From Eutreptiella sp. 'Long Island Sound 2002' (lineage: Eukaryota; Protista; Euglenida), in the NCBI GenBank assembly GCA_964036045.1, contig OZ038378.1, forward strand, positions 167,586,001 through 167,650,000: DNA of 64,000 bases, written 5' to 3'. The notes beneath the pieces were generated by a model. That model did not search any database. It was given only the letters and a program-made list of their open reading frames with translations, and had not been told where the DNA came from. Position numbers and translations under genes: made by a program. Numbering within the stretch: position 1 is the stretch's first letter; each line of letters begins with the position of its first letter. This document shows, in pieces, positions 60,285 through 64,000 of the stretch.

Positions 60285-60749
60285 CTGCTGGGCGTAGGTC
60301 AACGGGCAGGCCCATAGACACTCAGAGTGCTTGGGATCGGCCTTGGCACGTGGCACAGGCACAACATGGAGGACGGTGTGCTCGATGGCGGCGAGCTGCA
60401 GGAAGAGGGCATTGGTGGGCCCCACGGCCGTGTCCTGCTCCTGGATCATGCGACACAGGGTGTCGCAGTGGCGCAGGGCGTCCACCGCCTCCTGGAACGT
60501 CCGCACCCTCTCAGGAATCAGGAGCAGGTTAATGGGCACAAAGCGGGCCTCGTCTTTGGGGGAGCCCGCCAGGCCCTCCACATCCTCCAGCCGCAGCAGG
60601 CGATCCATGAGTGGATGCTTGAACCAGGTGGTCTGCCTGTCCTCTGTTGTGTCCAGGTTGAGCAGTGGGGGCGGGAGGTACTCCACGTCTTTGTCGAGGG
60701 GCATCTGGTTGATGACCGCATCCACCGCGTCGATCTCGCTTTTCACAAC
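60285..60749 (-). CDS. Giant gene exon E2 (VVKSEIDAVD...LTYAQQ)
   Basis: Acceptor TCTCAG|GTT, donor CAG|GTCGGT; 465 nt. Confidence 0.88.
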
Positions 60750-62414
60750 CTGAGACAAGGCCCCAAGTGCTCCCCAGGGCACAGCACACACGTCAAGGGG
60801 AGGAAGGACATGCCCACCCTGTTCCCTCAGATGGACGAGTGCACAGCCGTTCAAATTCAGGGCAAGTGCAAAACCGGGATCAGCGTTCAGCCCCTCGGGC
60901 CTCCTGCTGACAGGCGGCGACGCCCCGATGGAACCCGCTAAATGGACACGGCATTTGAAAAGCCCAACTCGTCGTGAGGGTACGGTGCGACCGTCCTTTG
61001 TATCTCCCACGCGCCGTTTTGGAATGATACGTATTGCCACAACGTTCCCTTTAATCTCCATTGCGCAGCACGACCGCGCAGTGCTTTGAAGGGCCGCCTC
61101 CACAGTCCAGCACCGGTCCGACCTTTGCTCCACGGTTGAGCCATTAATGATGTCATCCTGCCAGGGGGATTAAGGCACGTTCGGGCGCACGTTGTAGGAG
61201 CCAACCCACGACGGTGGACTGGCGGTCCAAAGCGGTTGGCAATCGACTGACGGGATCAAAATGGGTCAAAAATGGCTTTATCAAAGAATGATCTTGAAAT
61301 CCTCAGGATGCCCAACAACATGCTTGTAGCCAAATGTTGACGACGGTTTAGCCTCGGTTGAGTCCCAGCAAGTGCCAAAATGCCGTTAGAATGGACTGTT
61401 TTGGAACTAGGAACGGGCTAGAAATAGTTCAGAAACACATTTTCATGACGTTCAGACAGGACACTTGGGACTCCAACGGATGTGTTTGCGCATTTAGGGA
61501 CTGTTTTGATCCATTTTACCCAAGCGAAAGCCCATGAAGCCATGTTGTAGCACCATACTAAGTGAGGCAAGGTGGTGTGGAGAGACGAAGACCAGGAGCT
61601 AGCAGGGCCCTACCTTGGAGCCAGGTGGCCCAGGGGAGAGGGGCACTAGATGAGAGGATGTATCTGTACATTTCTTTCCTTGTGGAACGGGCTTTCTCCA
61701 CTGACCACACTGCTCCCAACTCTGGTTGCATCGAGAGTCCTGTCAATGCATGCAGGGGCACTGCAAATGACGGGCCGCAATCATGCTTGGGGTGAGGGGG
61801 GGCGAGACGCGCACAAACAAAGGCCGGCAAAGCAAAGTGGGACCCCTTGGGACCAGGCATACCGTGCCAACTCCAAAAAAGGGAAAAACAGCGTGGAAAA
61901 GCATCCCAGCAAATGGGTGGTCAGAAGACCAGGACGGGTCGTGGTGGAGGGAGAGTGGTTCGATTGTCAGGTAGAAGGGGGGGTCACGGGTCTCTGAATG
62001 TCCACCTACAGATGGAAGCCATACAACTGGTGGCCACTCAACTGGCGTACTGCAGACACTTCCTGTTACTCTTGGCTAAAGTGGCCCCTTCACCTGTGGC
62101 CCAGTGGTACCTCCACTGGCTCATACAGTACCATGGTGTCGACAACTTGCACGAACCCTGCCTGTGTCTAGCCCCCTAACCAGGCATCCTTCAGGTGTGC
62201 TTGGCACGGCACGAGCCCAGGGTCCAGGCAACAACTGTCTTGACCGTAATCCCTCTGACGAGTGATGGCGACAGGGTGCTGCAGGCTTCAGGGGGTCAAG
62301 AGGGGGCAGCCCCTCCTCTTGCCGTGTTTATTTCCGGCCTCCTGCCAATCTCTGTGCTGCCCCTCTTGCCCATCTCTGTGCCGCGCACCCAAACTCCCTC
62401 GCCCCATACTCTAC

Positions 62415-63245
62415 CTGGAGCTGGAAAGGGGAGATGCTCTTGCTCTTCGCCTGCTTCACGGCAGCATGGGCCAGCTGCTTGCACCCAAGTTTGATCAGGT
62501 GCTTATCGTTGTCGCTCAGCTTTTTTAGGCAGTGCAGGTCGTTGATGACGAACTTCAAATACTGCAGCCGCAACATGAAGGTCACCGCCTTCACCTTCGT
62601 CTCACTCATCCCCCTCCAGAGCAGCAAGTACCGCACCGACTCCAAAAATGCTCGATACGCTGATGCCTGGCACCGTGGGGGCGTCCGGAAGGCACTGCAA
62701 GGTTCGTCACAGGTTTCCGCAATCGCGGCCTGCAACGGTTTGCCTGCAAGCCACGGCAGCAGCCAGTCGTAGACGTTCTCCACATGCTTCTCTGGGCCAT
62801 CTCCTATCATGCTCATCAGGAAGTACATCCACCATGAATCATCCTGCATCCTGTCGTCGGGGATGTTATCAATGGCAATGCAGCCTTTGTACTTGATTTT
62901 GCCGTCCAGCGTTGCCACCGAGGGATGATATGGGTTCTCGTCCCCACCCGCGCACGCCACAAAGCGGAATCCTGACGCCTTCTTGATCAGCATGAAGACA
63001 ATCTTCTTCGGTGAGGGCAACAGCAGTGCCTGTCCCACTCCCAACTCCCCGATGTTCTTCTTCAAGAACTTCAACAGCGCGGTCAGCCGCGACACACTCT
63101 GCAGGGTCCGCTGCCGCAGGCCGAAGCCCACTGCGCGCTCCAGGTCCTTGAGGGTGGAGAGCAGACAATCCTGGTCCTTTTCCATGAAACTTCCCATCCA
63201 CTGCGACTGCTCCTTCGCCATGCGCGCCATCGAAAAGTGCAGCAC
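62415..63245 (-). CDS. Giant gene exon E1 in window (VLHFSMARM...SPFQLQ)
   Basis: Acceptor CGACAG|GTG, donor CAG|GTAGAG; 831 nt; no start context, so more exons lie upstream. Confidence 0.88.
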
Positions 63246-63476
63246 CTGTCGCGGAGGAGGAAGCAGAAGGGCGAGGCTGCGAGCACGGGGTGATGGAAAA
63301 GGCAGGAACAAGGGGTGGTGGGGAAGGAGGATGAGGGGGGGGGGCGGTAAGAAATGGAGGGCAGCAAGTAGGAGGGGGCTGTGCGCACATAGTTTGGGTT
63401 GTGTGCCTCAGGGCAAAGAGTTGCGGGTCACCAAGTAATACGCTGCCCCGTTACGTGGCCCTAGCCCAGGGCACAC

Positions 63477-63650
63477 TCCTGCTTCGGGTTTGTTTTGGCG
63501 GCACTGCAAGGGTGCCCAGTGGGCGACGACGCCTGTCCTGCTGTTGTGGATGATTTTCGTGGGTGAGCTCCCGCTGTCGCTCAGGCCAACCCTGGCAACG
63601 GAGGTGTTCCACGGCGAGTATGGCGGAGAACTGCAGTGCGCCTCTGATGG
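63477..63650 (-). CDS. Possible additional upstream exon (…HCSSPPYSPWNTSVARVG…RQNKPEAG)
   Basis: High-GC3 open frame ending GGA|GTGTGC, in phase 0 with E1; acceptor not determined. Confidence 0.3.
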
Positions 63651-64000
63651 GTATACCCCCCGCAGAGGCACATGGATGCACACCCTTGGCCCCGGGGCCT
63701 TGGTTGTAATGACCAGGTATCCCCCTCCCATGCAAGGGACCGGGCGGCCCTGACCACAGTGCCAGGCCACCCTTACCTTTCCCCACAAGGCAAAATGATG
63801 AGCGACACTTGGCGTTTCGGACCCTCCTAGCCTATTTTCTCAGGCTTTATGGCAACCCCCACCCCACCCCGCACCCCAGAGTAGACCCTGGCCGACAAGC
63901 AGGCCACACAGAAGACATGGCACAACACCGATTGTGTTACATGTGAACCGACCAGCTTTCATGGAATTCCAGAGGTCTCATCCACACAGTTTGTCTGTCA

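Larger units (their letters stand above)
961..63245 (-). other. Giant multi-exon gene (partial, continues beyond both window ends); DUF3638-family P-loop protein, about 2650 aa encoded in window
   Basis: 20 high-GC3 exons joined manually with GT..AG boundaries and consistent phases (0,0,0,2,2,2,0,0,0,0,0,2,0,0,0,2,1,0,0). Recalled DUF3638-like motifs: RFLVFEFTWNILLRKNQV, QMLMGGGKTTVVSPLL, MDEVDLILHPLKSELNFPIG. Confidence 0.85.

Noticed and set aside
1-64000. tRNA, rRNA, snRNA or spliced-leader RNA genes
   Set aside because: None recognised by eye; a covariance-model scan would be needed to exclude them.

Overview
Eukaryotic, repeat-rich genomic DNA from a large protist-like genome (euglenid-like by splice-donor style; inference only). 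(1) One giant minus-strand gene crosses the whole window. I threaded 20 GT-AG exons (63245->961, 7959 nt, about 2650 aa, intron phases consistent throughout). It is open at both window ends and its last exons encode a DUF3638-type P-loop region (QMLMGGGKTT...MDEVD). (2) Its 21-kb intron (27300-48477) holds an ~8-kb GC-rich alternating-inverted-repeat satellite bracketed by (GGGAT)n arrays. It also holds a near-complete, slightly decayed non-LTR retrotransposon in the gene's orientation: ORF1 with a decayed CCHC knuckle, and ORF2 with an N-terminal extension, APE endonuclease, RT, RNase H and Zn finger, split by one in-frame TAG. (3) Most notable: the element's 5' region has an array of about 25 short hairpins in three repeating classes, with compensatory stem changes, separated by near-invariant AUGC linkers on the element sense strand. 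That architecture resembles alfamo/ilarvirus coat-protein binding sites, and ORF1 contains PSPRSRKYA, resembling the PTxRSxxY motif. A duplicated ~75-nt covarying structured motif lies further upstream. The rest is minisatellites, microsatellites, a Tc1/mariner-type MITE and TE relics. The very long ORFs over the repeats are artefacts.
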